Shown one piece after another: positions 53,277-63,244 of a stretch of DNA of 64,000 nucleotides. Within the stretch, counting starts at the first letter, position 1. The number at the start of each line of letters is the position of its first letter. The DNA is from an uncultured Akkermansia sp. (GTDB lineage: Bacteria > Verrucomicrobiota > Kiritimatiellia > RFP12 > JAAYNR01). The notes beneath the pieces are model-generated. The model worked only from the letters and a program-made list of their open reading frames with translations. It did not search any database and was not told where the DNA came from. The translations under genes were made by a program, and so were the position numbers. Location of the stretch: the NCBI GenBank assembly GCA_964506575.1, contig CAZDLY010000008.1, positions 20-64,019 on the forward strand, read 5' to 3'.

Positions 53277-53963
53277 TCACACCAGCCGTCCGTTCTCGAG
53301 CGTCAGCGTCCGGTCGCAGAGCGCGGCGACCTCGGGCGAGTGGGTGACGAGCACGAGGGCGTGGCCGGTCTGGCGGGCGATGCCGAAGAGGAGATCGAGG
53401 ATCTGGGCGCCGGTGCCGCGGTCCAGATTGCCGGTCGGCTCGTCGGCCAGCAGCAGGGGCGGCGCATTCATCAGGGCGCGGGCCAGCGCGGCCCGCTGCT
53501 GTTCGCCGCCCGAGAGTTCGAGCGGGGTGTGCGTGGCGCGGTCCGCCAGCCCCACGCGCTCGAGCATCGTGATCGCCCGCCGCCGGATCGCCGCGCGTCC
53601 CTGCCGGCTGCCGCCCGCCCAGGCCGGCAACATCACGTTCTCGGCGATATCCATCTCGGGGAGCAGGTGGTAGGACTGGAAGACGAAGCCGATCTCACGG
53701 GCGCGCAGCATCGCCCGGTCGCGTTCGCCCAGCGCATAGATCGAGCGCCCGTTGATGCGCACCTCGCCCGCTTCGGGACGGTCCAGCGCGCCGAGGACGT
53801 GCAGCAACGTGCTTTTGCCGACGCCGCTGCGGCCGACCACGGCCACCCGCTCGCCCGCGGCCAGGGTCAAAGACGCCCCCGTGAGCACGGTGACGGTCTT
53901 GTGCGGCAGGTGGTAGCTCTTGTCCAGATCGCGCGCGTCGATCACAAGGTCCGGGTCGGACAT
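53277..53963 (-). CDS. ABC transporter ATP-binding protein (LolD/MacB/FtsE-like)
   Basis: Has Walker A GRSGVGKSTLL, the signature LSGGEQQR and Walker B LLLADEPTGNLD. No permease gene is adjacent. Confidence 0.88.
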   Translation of the reverse strand: MSDPDLVIDARDLDKSYHLPHKTVTVLTGASLTLAAGERVAVVGRSGVGKSTLLHVLGALDRPEAGEVRINGRSIYALGERDRAMLRAREIGFVFQSYHLLPEMDIAENVMLPAWAGGSRQGRAAIRRRAITMLERVGLADRATHTPLELSGGEQQRAALARALMNAPPLLLADEPTGNLDRGTGAQILDLLFGIARQTGHALVLVTHSPEVAALCDRTLTLENGRLV

Positions 53964-54054
53964 GTCGGTCTCCCACGGGCAGTATGGTTACGAAAGGCCG
54001 TCATTGTGGCGCAAATCGGCGCCGACGGCAAGCGCGGTGTTGGGCGAATGCCCC

Positions 54055-55071
54055 TCATCGCCCGGCGCGGGCGAGGGCGATCCAAGGGGCGAGTTCGGCG
54101 AGGGTTTGCTTGAACGTGGCGCTCGGCAGTTGCTGCGCGGCGTCGCTGTAGGCCTCGTTGGGATTGGGGTGGGCCTCGATGACCAAACCGTCGGCGCCCG
54201 CGCCGAGCGCGGCCTTGGCGAGGGGCAGCACCAGCGAACGTTTGCCGGCGGCGTGGCTGGGGTCGACCAGAACCGGCAGGTGGGTTTCCTGTTTGGCCAC
54301 GGCGACGCCGCCGAGGTCGAGGAGGTTGCGCACCGACTTGTCGAACGACCGGAGGCCGCGTTCGCACAGCATCACATTGGAGCAGCCGTTGACCAGGAGA
54401 TACTCGGCGGCGGCGAGCCACTCCTCGACGGTCGAGGCCATGCCGCGCTTGAGCAGCACCGGCTTGCGCGCCTGGGCGACCGATTCGAGCAGATCGTAAT
54501 TCTGCGCGTTGCGCGCGCCGATCTGAAGCACGTCGGCGGTGTCGTGCACCATCTCCACCTGGGCGGGGCCGAGGATCTCGGTCACCATCGAGACGCCGAA
54601 CTCCGCCTTCACGTCGCGCATGATCGCGATGGCGTCGGCCTTGAGCCCCTGGAAGTCGTAGGGCGACGTCCGCGGCTTGAAGGCCATGGCGCGGATGAGG
54701 GTGACCCCGGCCGCCTTCAGATCGCGCACCGCGAATCGGAACTGGTCGGCGGTCTCGATCGCGCAGGGGCCGGCGATAATCGCGATGGCGCCGCCGCCGA
54801 CCGGCGTGCCGTTGACCGTGATGACGGTGTCGTCGGGGTGGTATTCGCGCGAGACGAGCTTGTAGCGCTGCTGGACGGGCATCACCGACTCGACGATCGG
54901 CAGGTTGTTGAGCACCTCGAGCGAGCGGTTGCTGAGTTCGTCGCCGATGCAGGCGACGACCGTGCGCTCGACGCCGCGGATGACCCGCGGCTGGTAGCGC
55001 AGCGTGCGGACGAGTTCGCTGACCGACTGGATGTCGGCGTCGGTTGCATGAGGCTTTAGAACGATTATCAT
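54055..55071 (-). CDS. 3-deoxy-7-phosphoheptulonate (DAHP) synthase, type I-beta with N-terminal regulatory domain
   Basis: The N-terminus MIIVLKPHATDADIQSV... is a ferredoxin-like regulatory domain. A KDSA/AroF core follows (IAGPCAIE, RAMAFKPRTSPYDFQG, VDPSHA). Confidence 0.88.
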   Translation of the reverse strand: MIIVLKPHATDADIQSVSELVRTLRYQPRVIRGVERTVVACIGDELSNRSLEVLNNLPIVESVMPVQQRYKLVSREYHPDDTVITVNGTPVGGGAIAIIAGPCAIETADQFRFAVRDLKAAGVTLIRAMAFKPRTSPYDFQGLKADAIAIMRDVKAEFGVSMVTEILGPAQVEMVHDTADVLQIGARNAQNYDLLESVAQARKPVLLKRGMASTVEEWLAAAEYLLVNGCSNVMLCERGLRSFDKSVRNLLDLGGVAVAKQETHLPVLVDPSHAAGKRSLVLPLAKAALGAGADGLVIEAHPNPNEAYSDAAQQLPSATFKQTLAELAPWIALARAGR

Positions 55072-56075
55072 GGCGCCATTATAGCGTCCCCCGGCAACGG
55101 GAGCAACCGGCAATCTTCATCGGCGGAGGCCAGCACGTGCTGCATGTCGTCCGGAAGGTCGATCTGATAAGAGACCGGGAGGCCGGATCCGGGGTGCCGG
55201 AAGGTCAGGCCCGAGGCGTGCAGCGCCTGACGCCCCATGCGCAACACCGACCGGTCTGCGTCGGTCAGGCGCCCCTGGCAAAAGCGGATGAAGGCCGTCT
55301 CGTCGCGGCCGTACAGCTTGTCGCCCACCACCGGATATCCCAGCGCCAGCAGGGTGGCCCGGATCTGGTGCAGACGTCCGGTGAGCGGCTCGGCCTCGAT
55401 CAGCGCCATCCCCCGCCGCTGCGCCAGCAGCCGGAAGCGGGTCTCGACCCACACCGCTTCCGGTCCTGGGAGGCCGGTGTCCGATCCCAGGACCACGCGG
55501 CGTTTTTTGCGCACGGCCGAAGCCGTGTCGGGCAGCAGCCAGCCGACGCCGTTCAGATCGGCCGGGAAAGCCTGGGCCTCGACCAGAACGGTGTAACGCT
55601 TGCTCACCAGCCGGTTCGCCAATTGCCGGCCGCAGTGGCGCGCGGCCTCCGGGTTTTTGGCCACGACCACCAGGCCGGAGGTCTCGCGGTCGATGCGGTT
55701 GACGAGCGCGGGTTCGCCCATTCCGCGCACGTCCTTGAGCCAGGCCCACAACGTGTGGTTGAAATAGCGCCCGCCCGGATGGCAGGGGAGGTTGCCGCTC
55801 TTGTTGACGATGAGGAGGTCGGCGTCGTCCGATACGATGCCGATTGTGAAATCGACGGGCGGCTCGGGAATGTCGGAGGTGTCGTAGGCGAGCCGATCAC
55901 CCGCCCGGAGCGCCTCATCGGGCAGATGCTTCCGCGCATTAACCGTGACGTGACCGGAACGGATTCGCTCGCACCACCCCGTCCGATCATGGTAGGGGAA
56001 TCGGCCGGTCAGAAAGTCGGCCAGCGCCAGCCCGGCGGCGGCCGCCGGCACGTCACACGCGGTTTGCCGTTTCAT
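55068..56075 (-). CDS. RluA-family pseudouridine synthase
   Basis: NRIDRETSGLVVVAKN (catalytic Asp block) and TGRLHQIRA motifs are present. The stop overlaps the DAHP synthase start. Confidence 0.85.
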   Translation of the reverse strand: MKRQTACDVPAAAAGLALADFLTGRFPYHDRTGWCERIRSGHVTVNARKHLPDEALRAGDRLAYDTSDIPEPPVDFTIGIVSDDADLLIVNKSGNLPCHPGGRYFNHTLWAWLKDVRGMGEPALVNRIDRETSGLVVVAKNPEAARHCGRQLANRLVSKRYTVLVEAQAFPADLNGVGWLLPDTASAVRKKRRVVLGSDTGLPGPEAVWVETRFRLLAQRRGMALIEAEPLTGRLHQIRATLLALGYPVVGDKLYGRDETAFIRFCQGRLTDADRSVLRMGRQALHASGLTFRHPGSGLPVSYQIDLPDDMQHVLASADEDCRLLPLPGDAIMAP

Positions 56076-56099
56076 GGGGCTGCCCGGTGGGAAAGGGAC

Positions 56100-57923
56100 T
56101 CATCGCGTCTGCCGCCGCCGCATCTGGCGCGTGGCAACATCCGGCTGCTCGACCACGATCGCGCCCGCGCCGTCCCGCTTGTTCTTGTCGCGGTAGCGCT
56201 GCAGCAGCATCTGCAGGATCGAAATGCCCTGGCTGACGGTCCAGTAGAGGGAGAGCGCGGCCGGCATGCTGTAGAACATGAACAGCATCATGCCGGGCAT
56301 CATGATCATCATCATCTTCTGCTGCGTCGGATCGCCTGTGGACGGCGTCAGATAGCTCTGGATGGCCATGGTGCCCGCCATCAGGACCGGCAGGATGTTG
56401 AGCGAGCCGATGAATGGGATCATCCCCGCGAGCAGATTTTCCGGCTCGCTGAGGTCGCCGATCCACAGGAACGGCGCGAAGCGCAGCTCGACCGCGCTGC
56501 GCAGCACGGTGAACAGGGCGAAGAAAACCGGAAGCTGCACCAGCATGGGCAGGCAGCTCGACAGCGGATTCACCTTGTTTTCGCGATAGAGGCGCCAGGT
56601 CTCCTGCTGGATTTTCTGGGGATTGTCCTTGTGCAGGACCTGCAGCGCCTTGATCTGCGGCTGCAGGGTCTGCATCCGCTTCATCCCCTCGGTGCTCTTG
56701 TGCGTCAGCGGCCAGAAGATCACCCGGACGAGGATGGTGAGCAGGATCACGGCCACGCCGTAGTTCGGAATCACGCTGTTGAAGAAGTTGAGGGTCGGCA
56801 CCAGCAGCTTGCAGAACCATTTGAACGTGCCGAATTCCATCACCTCGTCAACCCCGTGGCCGACGGCCTTGAGAACGGCGAGTTTCTTGGGGCCGATGTA
56901 GAGGGTCGTGTCCCGCGTGACCGTCTCGCCGGGCTGGAGGGTGAAGCCACCGAAGGCGACCGCCGCCGAGAGGCTGCCGACCGGATTTCCCTTGTGTCCG
57001 GCGGGCGCGGCCACGATGTCCATGCGGAACCCGGCGTTGGTGGCCGCCGACAGGAAGATCTGGGTGAAGAAACGCGACTTGATCGCGACCCACCGCTGCG
57101 GGGTTTCGACCGACAGGGTTGCCCGGGGCTTGAGCGGCCCTGCCGCGCCGCCGCCGCAGCCGCCGAACCCGCCGCCACTGCCGCCGACCGCCCGAGCCAC
57201 ATCGCGTTCCCAATACCGGGCCTTGGCCTCGGCCCCGGCTCCGAACGAATCGACGCCCAGAATGTCGTTTTTGGACGCCCCGCAATGAAAGGTGCCGAGG
57301 GTGATCCAGTTGGACGCGACCCCCACCGGCCGGTCCGAGGTGTTGCGCAGGCGATCCGTGACCTCGACCCGGTAGAGATCGCGCAGAACGATCCGGCGTT
57401 CGACCGTCAGGCCCTGAGCGGACTGGGTTGTCAGGGTGACCGTCTGGGTGTCGGCCTGAAGCGTATAATCGGCATCGGCGGCGATCCCGGGCAGCCCCTC
57501 CCAGCGCAGCGCCGCCACGGCGTCGAAATCGAAGACCATCGGGCCGCTGTCCGGCTGTAGCGTGGCCTTATGCTCCAGCAGCGTCGCATCGACCACCGCG
57601 CCGCCGCGGGAGGAGATGGAGACGACCAGTTCGTCATTGCGAAGGGTGGCGATCTGCTCGGGGAGGCGCGCCACGGCGGATGTGGCGCCTTCCAGAACGG
57701 CCTCCAGCACCACCGGCGTTCCGGTCGGGGCGGTCACGGACGCGAGATCGGACGACGCCCGCCAGGTCGCCGAAGTCGCCGCGACTGGGGAGATCGCCTC
57801 CCGTTTCAGGCGTTGCCGCGCCTGCTCTTCAAGCCGCGCCCGGGCGACCTTGTTCTGATAGAGCATCCAGCCCAGCAGAGCGAGGAACAGCAGGCACACG
57901 ATTGCGATGTCTTGTTTTTTCAT
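56100..57923 (-). CDS. yidC: membrane protein insertase YidC
   Basis: Has an N-terminal TM, a large periplasmic domain and a C-terminal 5-TM core (NYGVAVILLTILVRVIFWPL, MQTLQPQIKAL, LPMLVQLPVFFALF). Its position upstream of yidD-rnpA-rpmH fits. Confidence 0.92.
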   Translation of the reverse strand: MKKQDIAIVCLLFLALLGWMLYQNKVARARLEEQARQRLKREAISPVAATSATWRASSDLASVTAPTGTPVVLEAVLEGATSAVARLPEQIATLRNDELVVSISSRGGAVVDATLLEHKATLQPDSGPMVFDFDAVAALRWEGLPGIAADADYTLQADTQTVTLTTQSAQGLTVERRIVLRDLYRVEVTDRLRNTSDRPVGVASNWITLGTFHCGASKNDILGVDSFGAGAEAKARYWERDVARAVGGSGGGFGGCGGGAAGPLKPRATLSVETPQRWVAIKSRFFTQIFLSAATNAGFRMDIVAAPAGHKGNPVGSLSAAVAFGGFTLQPGETVTRDTTLYIGPKKLAVLKAVGHGVDEVMEFGTFKWFCKLLVPTLNFFNSVIPNYGVAVILLTILVRVIFWPLTHKSTEGMKRMQTLQPQIKALQVLHKDNPQKIQQETWRLYRENKVNPLSSCLPMLVQLPVFFALFTVLRSAVELRFAPFLWIGDLSEPENLLAGMIPFIGSLNILPVLMAGTMAIQSYLTPSTGDPTQQKMMMIMMPGMMLFMFYSMPAALSLYWTVSQGISILQMLLQRYRDKNKRDGAGAIVVEQPDVATRQMRRRQTR

Positions 57924-57945
57924 AAGGGTAACGAATCCTACCTGT

Positions 57946-58164
57946 TCAGGGCGGCGGGACCGGATCCTCTCCGCACGGTCCGAAGGGCCTGCAGCGGACG
58001 ATGCGCCGCACCGCCAGCCACAGACCGCGCCACGGGCCGTGGATGCGGAGCGCGCCGATGCAATACTCCGAACACGACGGCGTGAAACGGCAGCACGGGC
58101 CGATCAGCGGCCCGAGCGCCACCTGATAGCCGCGGACGCACAGGATCAACAATCGGCTCAACAT
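57946..58164 (-). CDS. yidD: membrane protein insertion efficiency factor YidD
   Basis: A 72-aa protein with YQVALGPLIGPCCRFTPSCSEY, the signature motif. Confidence 0.9.
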   Translation of the reverse strand: MLSRLLILCVRGYQVALGPLIGPCCRFTPSCSEYCIGALRIHGPWRGLWLAVRRIVRCRPFGPCGEDPVPPP

Positions 58165-58604
58165 GGTCCCGGTTCCTTCCGGCAGAGGCCTCCCCGTCTG
58201 CAGACCGCCAGAAAATCTTCGGCCACGGCCCCTCCGCCCGCATCGACGATCCGCGCCCGCGCGATCAGCACGAGATCAACCCCGCCGCGCAGCGCATGCC
58301 GGTTCAGCCGGAACGCCTCGCGCATCAGGCGCCGCGCCCGGTTCCGCTCGACCGCCGTGTGCAGCGCGCGCTTGCTGGCCACCACCCCGACCCGGCGCGC
58401 CGCGCCCTCCATTGATCTTGACCAAACCACGATGTAACGCCCCGCAATCGAGCGACCCGCGTCAAAAACCTCCCGATACTGCCGGGATGTGAGACGGGCC
58501 GAGCGCGGCAAACAATACCGGACAGGCGGCGATGCAACCACCGTCGCGTGCGCCTGGGAATCGGGAACGTGAGCGCCCGTGCCGGTCATGGCCGCATCCG
58601 CCAC
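58158..58604 (-). CDS. rnpA: ribonuclease P protein component
   Basis: LPRSARLTSRQYREVF...VVASKRALHTAVERNRARRLMREAFR is the RnpA motif. Gene order supports the call. The start is uncertain (GTG 58604 or ATG 58589). Confidence 0.85.
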   Translation of the reverse strand: MADAAMTGTGAHVPDSQAHATVVASPPVRYCLPRSARLTSRQYREVFDAGRSIAGRYIVVWSRSMEGAARRVGVVASKRALHTAVERNRARRLMREAFRLNRHALRGGVDLVLIARARIVDAGGGAVAEDFLAVCRRGGLCRKEPGPC

Positions 58605-58605
58605 G

Positions 58606-58740
58606 TTAGATGGTCAGGCGCGCGCGGCCCTTTTGACGGCGCCGGGCCAGGATCTTGCGCCCGCCCTTGGTCGCCATGCGGGCGCGAAACCCGATCTTGC
58701 GGGCGCGCTTGATTTTGGAAGGCTGCCATAGCTGCTTCAT
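58606..58740 (-). CDS. rpmH: 50S ribosomal protein L34
   Basis: The 44 aa [44 protein letters not shown] are L34. The longer ORF in the track is upstream read-through. Confidence 0.93.
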   Translation of the reverse strand: MKQLWQPSKIKRARKIGFRARMATKGGRKILARRRQKGRARLTI

Positions 58741-58786
58741 GCTCGTGCTCCTCGGTGTGTCAGGTTTCCTGAGAAAATGGAGCGTC

Positions 58787-58815
58787 ACGATAGCCGATCG
58801 GCGGACCGAAGTCAA
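58787..58815 (-). promoter_or_regulatory. sigma70-like promoter candidate for rpmH-rnpA-yidD-yidC
   Basis: The minus strand carries TTGACT (58810-58815), a 17-nt spacer and TATCGT (58787-58792), about 45 nt upstream of the rpmH ATG. Confidence 0.5.
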
Positions 58816-58856
58816 TCCGGGTTTTTGGGGATTACAATTGAAATGCATTCTGGGGG

Positions 58857-58886
58857 TTGACAACGACGGGGGTCTATCTGTATGAT
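58857..58886 (+). promoter_or_regulatory. sigma70-like promoter candidate upstream of nusA
   Basis: TTGACA (58857-58862), an 18-nt spacer and TATGAT (58881-58886). Confidence 0.55.
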
Positions 58887-58918
58887 GTCCGAGCCCGTTA
58901 ATAGTGGACTTTAATAAC

Positions 58919-58943
58919 GAGTGGGGTCCGCCCACTCTTTTTT
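58919..58943 (+). terminator. promoter-proximal intrinsic terminator / leader attenuator (or 3' end of a ~50-nt sRNA)
   Basis: GAGTGGG-gtccg-CCCACTC is followed by TTTTTT. It lies about 30 nt downstream of the candidate -10 and about 50 nt upstream of the nusA ATG. No ORF lies in between. Confidence 0.55.
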
Positions 58944-58995
58944 ATTGGAAGCCCGAGCCCCTTGACCGGGTTCTTTGAAAGCAGGTGGAACGGCC

Positions 58996-60252
58996 ATGAA
59001 CAACGAATTGCAAACCGTAATCAGTTACTTGGAGCGCGACCGCGGGGTCGACCGCGAAGTCATCATTCAGGCTATTGAGTCGGCGCTGCAGCAGGCCGGC
59101 CGGAAAAGCATGAGCGGGACGGGCGAAGTCCGTGTTCAGATTGATCGCAAGACGTTCGAGATCAGGACGTTCGAGATGCGCACGGTGTCGGATATCGAGG
59201 CCGGCCACGGCTTCATCACCCTGCGCCGCGCCCGCGAAATCAACCCCGCCGCGCAACCCGGCGACACCCTCGAGGTGGAGGGGCCGGCGGACAAGCTGGG
59301 CCGCATTGCGGCCCAGACCGCGCGCCAGATGATCGTGCAGAAGCTCCGCCAGGCCGAGCGGGAGAATGTCTTCGACGAATTCAAGGACCGGATCGGCGAC
59401 ATTGTCAGCGGCTCGGTCCGCCAGATCATCCACCGCGACCTGATTGTCGAACTCGGCAAGGTCGAGGCGATCATCCCCGGCAAGGAGCGGATCCCCACCG
59501 AGGAGTATCAGGTCGGCGACCGCATCCGCGCCTATGTCCATAGCGTCCAGGCCAACGCGAACGGCCCCGCCGTGATCCTGTCCCGCGCCTGCCCCGAGTT
59601 CGTCAAGGCGCTGTTCCGGCTCGAGGTCTCGGAGATCGCCGACGGCATCGTCGAAGTGATGGGCGTGGCCCGCGATCCCGGCTACCGCAGCAAGATCGCG
59701 GTCCGCTCCCATGATGAGAAGGTCGATCCGGTCGGCGCGTGCGTCGGCCTCCGCGGCAACCGCGTCAAGAACATCGTCCGCGAACTCTCGGGAGAGAAGC
59801 TCGACATCGTCCGCTGGAATGAGGACATCCGCCAGTTCGTGACCCAGGCGCTCGCGCCCGCGCATCTTTCGGAAATCACCATCGACCCCGACCAGCCGTC
59901 GACTGTGGCGATCCTCGTCGAACCCGACCAGCTTTCGCTGGCGATCGGCCGGCATGGCCAGAACGTCCGGCTGGCGTCGCGCCTGACCGGCTGGCGCATC
60001 GACATCCAGAAGCGCGAGGCGGCCGAGTCATTCGAAGAGCAGGTGACCCACGCCATCGACTCGCTGGCCGCGATCCCCGGTATTTCCCGCGAGGACGCCG
60101 ATCTGCTGGTGCAGAACGGATTCCTGACGGACGACGGCATCCTGGCCGCCGAGATCCCCTACATCATGGAAGTAACCGGTTTGGACGAAGCCAACGCCAA
60201 GCGCATCTGGGAGGCCGCCGCGGCCACCGTATCCGGAGAGGACGGCGAATAA
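58996..60252 (+). CDS. nusA: transcription termination/antitermination factor NusA
   Basis: The N-terminal domain (LQTVISYLERDRGVDREVIIQAIESAL), the S1 domain and two KH domains (GACVGLRGNRVKNIVREL, AIGRHGQNVRLASRLTGWRIDI) are present. Start at MNNELQ. Confidence 0.93.
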   Translation: MNNELQTVISYLERDRGVDREVIIQAIESALQQAGRKSMSGTGEVRVQIDRKTFEIRTFEMRTVSDIEAGHGFITLRRAREINPAAQPGDTLEVEGPADKLGRIAAQTARQMIVQKLRQAERENVFDEFKDRIGDIVSGSVRQIIHRDLIVELGKVEAIIPGKERIPTEEYQVGDRIRAYVHSVQANANGPAVILSRACPEFVKALFRLEVSEIADGIVEVMGVARDPGYRSKIAVRSHDEKVDPVGACVGLRGNRVKNIVRELSGEKLDIVRWNEDIRQFVTQALAPAHLSEITIDPDQPSTVAILVEPDQLSLAIGRHGQNVRLASRLTGWRIDIQKREAAESFEEQVTHAIDSLAAIPGISREDADLLVQNGFLTDDGILAAEIPYIMEVTGLDEANAKRIWEAAAATVSGEDGE

Positions 60253-60256
60253 GACG

Positions 60257-62788
60257 ATGAGAGTATTCGAACTTGCCCGATCACTCAAAACGACGAGCGC
60301 CGACGTGCTGAAAATCGTCGCTGCCTTGGAGATCGAGGCGTCCACGGCGCTTTCACGCTTGGAAGCTGATGACATCGCCGCCGTCCGCGCCAAGCTCGCC
60401 GCCGCGCCGGATGCCGCCGCCGCCGCCAGCCGCGTCGAGCGCCTGGAAGCCAAGCGCCAAGCCAACGCCGTTAAACGCGCGGCATGCGACCGCGTCGAAG
60501 CCGACGCTCTCGCGGCCGCTATCGTCCGCTCCCAGGCCACCGAGGCCGAGGTCCGGGGACTTCCTCCTCCGCAGCAGCCGGTGCCCCAGGCCGCCGTGCA
60601 GCCGGAAGCGCCCATCGTGTCGGCCGCGCAGCCGCCTCCTGCGGCCGCACCCGCACCAGCCACCCCGCCGCCGGTGGCGCCCACACCCGTCCAGCCTGCA
60701 CCGGCCGCCGCACCGGCCGCCAAACCCGCAGCCCATCCGGCCAAGCAGAAATCAACGCCTCCCCCCGCCAGCGCCGAGGAGCAGATTGACCCCGACGAAG
60801 AGGTTGCTGCTACGTGGAACGCCCGGCAACCGCCGCGCACGGCCGCCAAGCCGCCGCCGGCAAAACCGTCGCAGAATGACCGCGACCGTGGCGATCAGGC
60901 GCGCCGTCAACCCCCGCCTCCCCGCCAACCCCCGACCCGCGCCGCCGCACCCCCGCCGCCGCCGCTGCGCCGTCCCGGCCCCGCAGCCCCCGCGCCCGTC
61001 GAAGCTGAACGCGTCATCCAGTTGCGCGGCGCCACCATCGTCAAGGACCTCGCCGAACTGATCGGGTTGCGCCCCAACCGGGTGATCGCCGACCTCATGC
61101 ACCTGAACGTTCTGGCCTCGATCAACCAGCGCGTTGAGCTGGACGTGGCGACCAAAATCGCAGAGAAGTACGGCTACAAGGTCGAAATCGAACGCCAGAA
61201 GCGCTCCACCGAACGCAAGCCGATCTTGCGCCGCGACGATGCCGACGACGTGATCCCCGACGACAAGCCGGAAGATCTCGTTCCCCGGCCTCCCGTCGTC
61301 ACCTTCCTCGGCCATGTCGACCACGGCAAAACCTCGTTGATGGACCGGATCCGCAACACCCAGGTGGCCTCGGGCGAGGCGGGCGGCATCACCCAGCATA
61401 TCGGCGCGTACACGGTCGATGTCAACGGCCGGCGGATCACGTTTCTCGACACCCCGGGCCACGCCGCCTTTTCGGCCATGCGCGCCCGCGGCGCCAGCCT
61501 CACCGACATCGCCGTCATCATCATCGCCGCCGACGATGGCGTCATGCCCCAGACCAAGGAGGCCATCAAGCACGCGAAGCAGGCCGGCGTCCAGATTCTG
61601 GTCGCCATCAACAAGTGCGATCTGCCGCAGGCCAAACCCGAACTCGTGCGCCAGCAACTGTCGGGTGAGGGCCTCACCCCCGAAGAGTGGGGCGGCGACA
61701 TCGTCTGTTGCGAGGTTTCGGCCCTTACCGGCAAGGGCCTCGACCACCTGCTGGAAATGATCCTGATCCAGGCCGACGTCCTCGAACTCACCGCCAGCCT
61801 GAGCCGCCGCGCCGACGGCTATGTGATCGAGGCGCAGCTCGAACAGGGCCGCGGGCCGACCGCCAGCGTGCTGGTCTCGGGCGGCACCCTCCGCGTGGGC
61901 GACGTTATCCTCTGCGGCGAGTATTTCGGACGGATCCGCGGACTGATCGACGACCGCGGCCGCAAGGTCAAGGAGGCCACGCCCGGCACGGCCGCGCGCA
62001 TCATGGGCCTGTCCGGCGTCCCCGAGGCAGGTGCCCACTTCCGCGTGATGCTCAATGAGAAACGGGCGCGCGAGCTGGCCGAGAAAGAGTCCGAAGTGCG
62101 CAAGCTCAGCGAGCTGTCGTCCTCGGTGGCCACCTCGCTCGACACGCTGATGCAGAAGTACCAGGAGCAGGGCCAGTTGGAGATCCACGTGATCGTCAAG
62201 GCCGACATGCAGGGCTCCTGCGAGGCGATTCAGGATTCGCTCAACGGCATCAAGAGCTCGAAGGTCGCGCTCCAGATCGTCAACAGCGGCATCGGCCACA
62301 TCAACGCCAACGACGTCCAGCGCGCGGCCTCGGGCCGCGCCATCATCGTCGGCTTCCACGTCGGCTGCGAGCCGGGCGTGCAGAGCCTCGCCCGTCATGA
62401 CGGCGTGCGCATCAGCACCCATCGCATCATCTACGAGCTGATCGACCATGTGAAGCAGGAAATGCTCAACATGCTCCACCCCGAATACCGGGAGATCATC
62501 CGCGGCCACGCCGAAATCCGCGCGATCTTCAACCACGGCAAGCGGGGCATGATCGCCGGGTGCCAGATGCTCGACGGTGTGTTGCGGGTGGATTCGCGCG
62601 CCCGCGTGTTGCGCCAGACGCAGGTGATCTTCGACGGCAAGTTTCTGTCGCTGTTCCACTTTCAGGACGAAGTCGCCCGCGTGGACGGGTCGCAGGAGTG
62701 CGGCGTCCGCTTCGTCGACTTCGCGGCCTTCGCCGTGGAGGACGTCATCGAGTGCTATTCGCTCGAAGAGAAGGAACGGGTGCTCTAG
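60257..62788 (+). CDS. infB: translation initiation factor IF-2
   Basis: Has a Pro/Ala-rich N-terminal region, a G domain ([28 protein letters not shown]) and C-terminal IF-2 domains. Confidence 0.95.
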   Translation: MRVFELARSLKTTSADVLKIVAALEIEASTALSRLEADDIAAVRAKLAAAPDAAAAASRVERLEAKRQANAVKRAACDRVEADALAAAIVRSQATEAEVRGLPPPQQPVPQAAVQPEAPIVSAAQPPPAAAPAPATPPPVAPTPVQPAPAAAPAAKPAAHPAKQKSTPPPASAEEQIDPDEEVAATWNARQPPRTAAKPPPAKPSQNDRDRGDQARRQPPPPRQPPTRAAAPPPPPLRRPGPAAPAPVEAERVIQLRGATIVKDLAELIGLRPNRVIADLMHLNVLASINQRVELDVATKIAEKYGYKVEIERQKRSTERKPILRRDDADDVIPDDKPEDLVPRPPVVTFLGHVDHGKTSLMDRIRNTQVASGEAGGITQHIGAYTVDVNGRRITFLDTPGHAAFSAMRARGASLTDIAVIIIAADDGVMPQTKEAIKHAKQAGVQILVAINKCDLPQAKPELVRQQLSGEGLTPEEWGGDIVCCEVSALTGKGLDHLLEMILIQADVLELTASLSRRADGYVIEAQLEQGRGPTASVLVSGGTLRVGDVILCGEYFGRIRGLIDDRGRKVKEATPGTAARIMGLSGVPEAGAHFRVMLNEKRARELAEKESEVRKLSELSSSVATSLDTLMQKYQEQGQLEIHVIVKADMQGSCEAIQDSLNGIKSSKVALQIVNSGIGHINANDVQRAASGRAIIVGFHVGCEPGVQSLARHDGVRISTHRIIYELIDHVKQEMLNMLHPEYREIIRGHAEIRAIFNHGKRGMIAGCQMLDGVLRVDSRARVLRQTQVIFDGKFLSLFHFQDEVARVDGSQECGVRFVDFAAFAVEDVIECYSLEEKERVL

Positions 62789-62791
62789 GCC

Positions 62792-63172
62792 ATGGCCGTC
62801 GACCGCCTGGAACGGGTGAATGCGCTGCTCCGCCGCGAAATCGGCGAGGCGCTCTACCATGTCTTCAACGGCGAGATTGATCTCGCCGCCGTGACGGTCA
62901 CCCGCGTCGAGACCGCGCGCAATCTCCGCACCGCCACCGTCTCGGTGTCGGTCTTCGGCCACGAGACCGAACGCGGCCGGATCCTGCGCGCCCTCGCCGA
63001 CAAGCATGCCGCGCTCCAGGCCCTGATCAACCGCGATTGCCACCTCAAATACACGCCCCGCCTCCGCTTCCAGCTCGACACCTCGATCGAGAAGGGCGAC
63101 CACATCCTCGCCCTCCTCGGCAAGATGGACGGGGACGTCGAGGATGATGCGGATCAACCGGAATCACCCTGA
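62792..63172 (+). CDS. rbfA: ribosome-binding factor A
   Basis: RLERVNALLRREIGEAL...VTVTRVETARNLRTATVSVSV...TPRLRFQLD is the RbfA pattern, and the position after infB fits. Confidence 0.9.
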   Translation: MAVDRLERVNALLRREIGEALYHVFNGEIDLAAVTVTRVETARNLRTATVSVSVFGHETERGRILRALADKHAALQALINRDCHLKYTPRLRFQLDTSIEKGDHILALLGKMDGDVEDDADQPESP

Positions 63173-63244
63173 ACCACCCCGCAGGCACGTCGCAGCAGAC
63201 GGACGTCTGCCCTCCACCCGTCACCTCCAACCCGTAGTAGTCCG

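Noticed and set aside
58741-58995. A replication origin next to rpmH-rnpA-yidD-yidC.
   Set aside because: No dnaA gene is adjacent, I see no TTATCCACA-like DnaA-box cluster, and there is no AT-rich unwinding tract. The spacer is better explained by two divergent promoters and a terminator.
60560-61000. A Pro/Ala-rich, repeat-looking GC-rich stretch, considered as a possible repeat element or separate gene.
   Set aside because: It is in frame within infB and corresponds to the variable low-complexity N-terminal region that is normal for IF-2.
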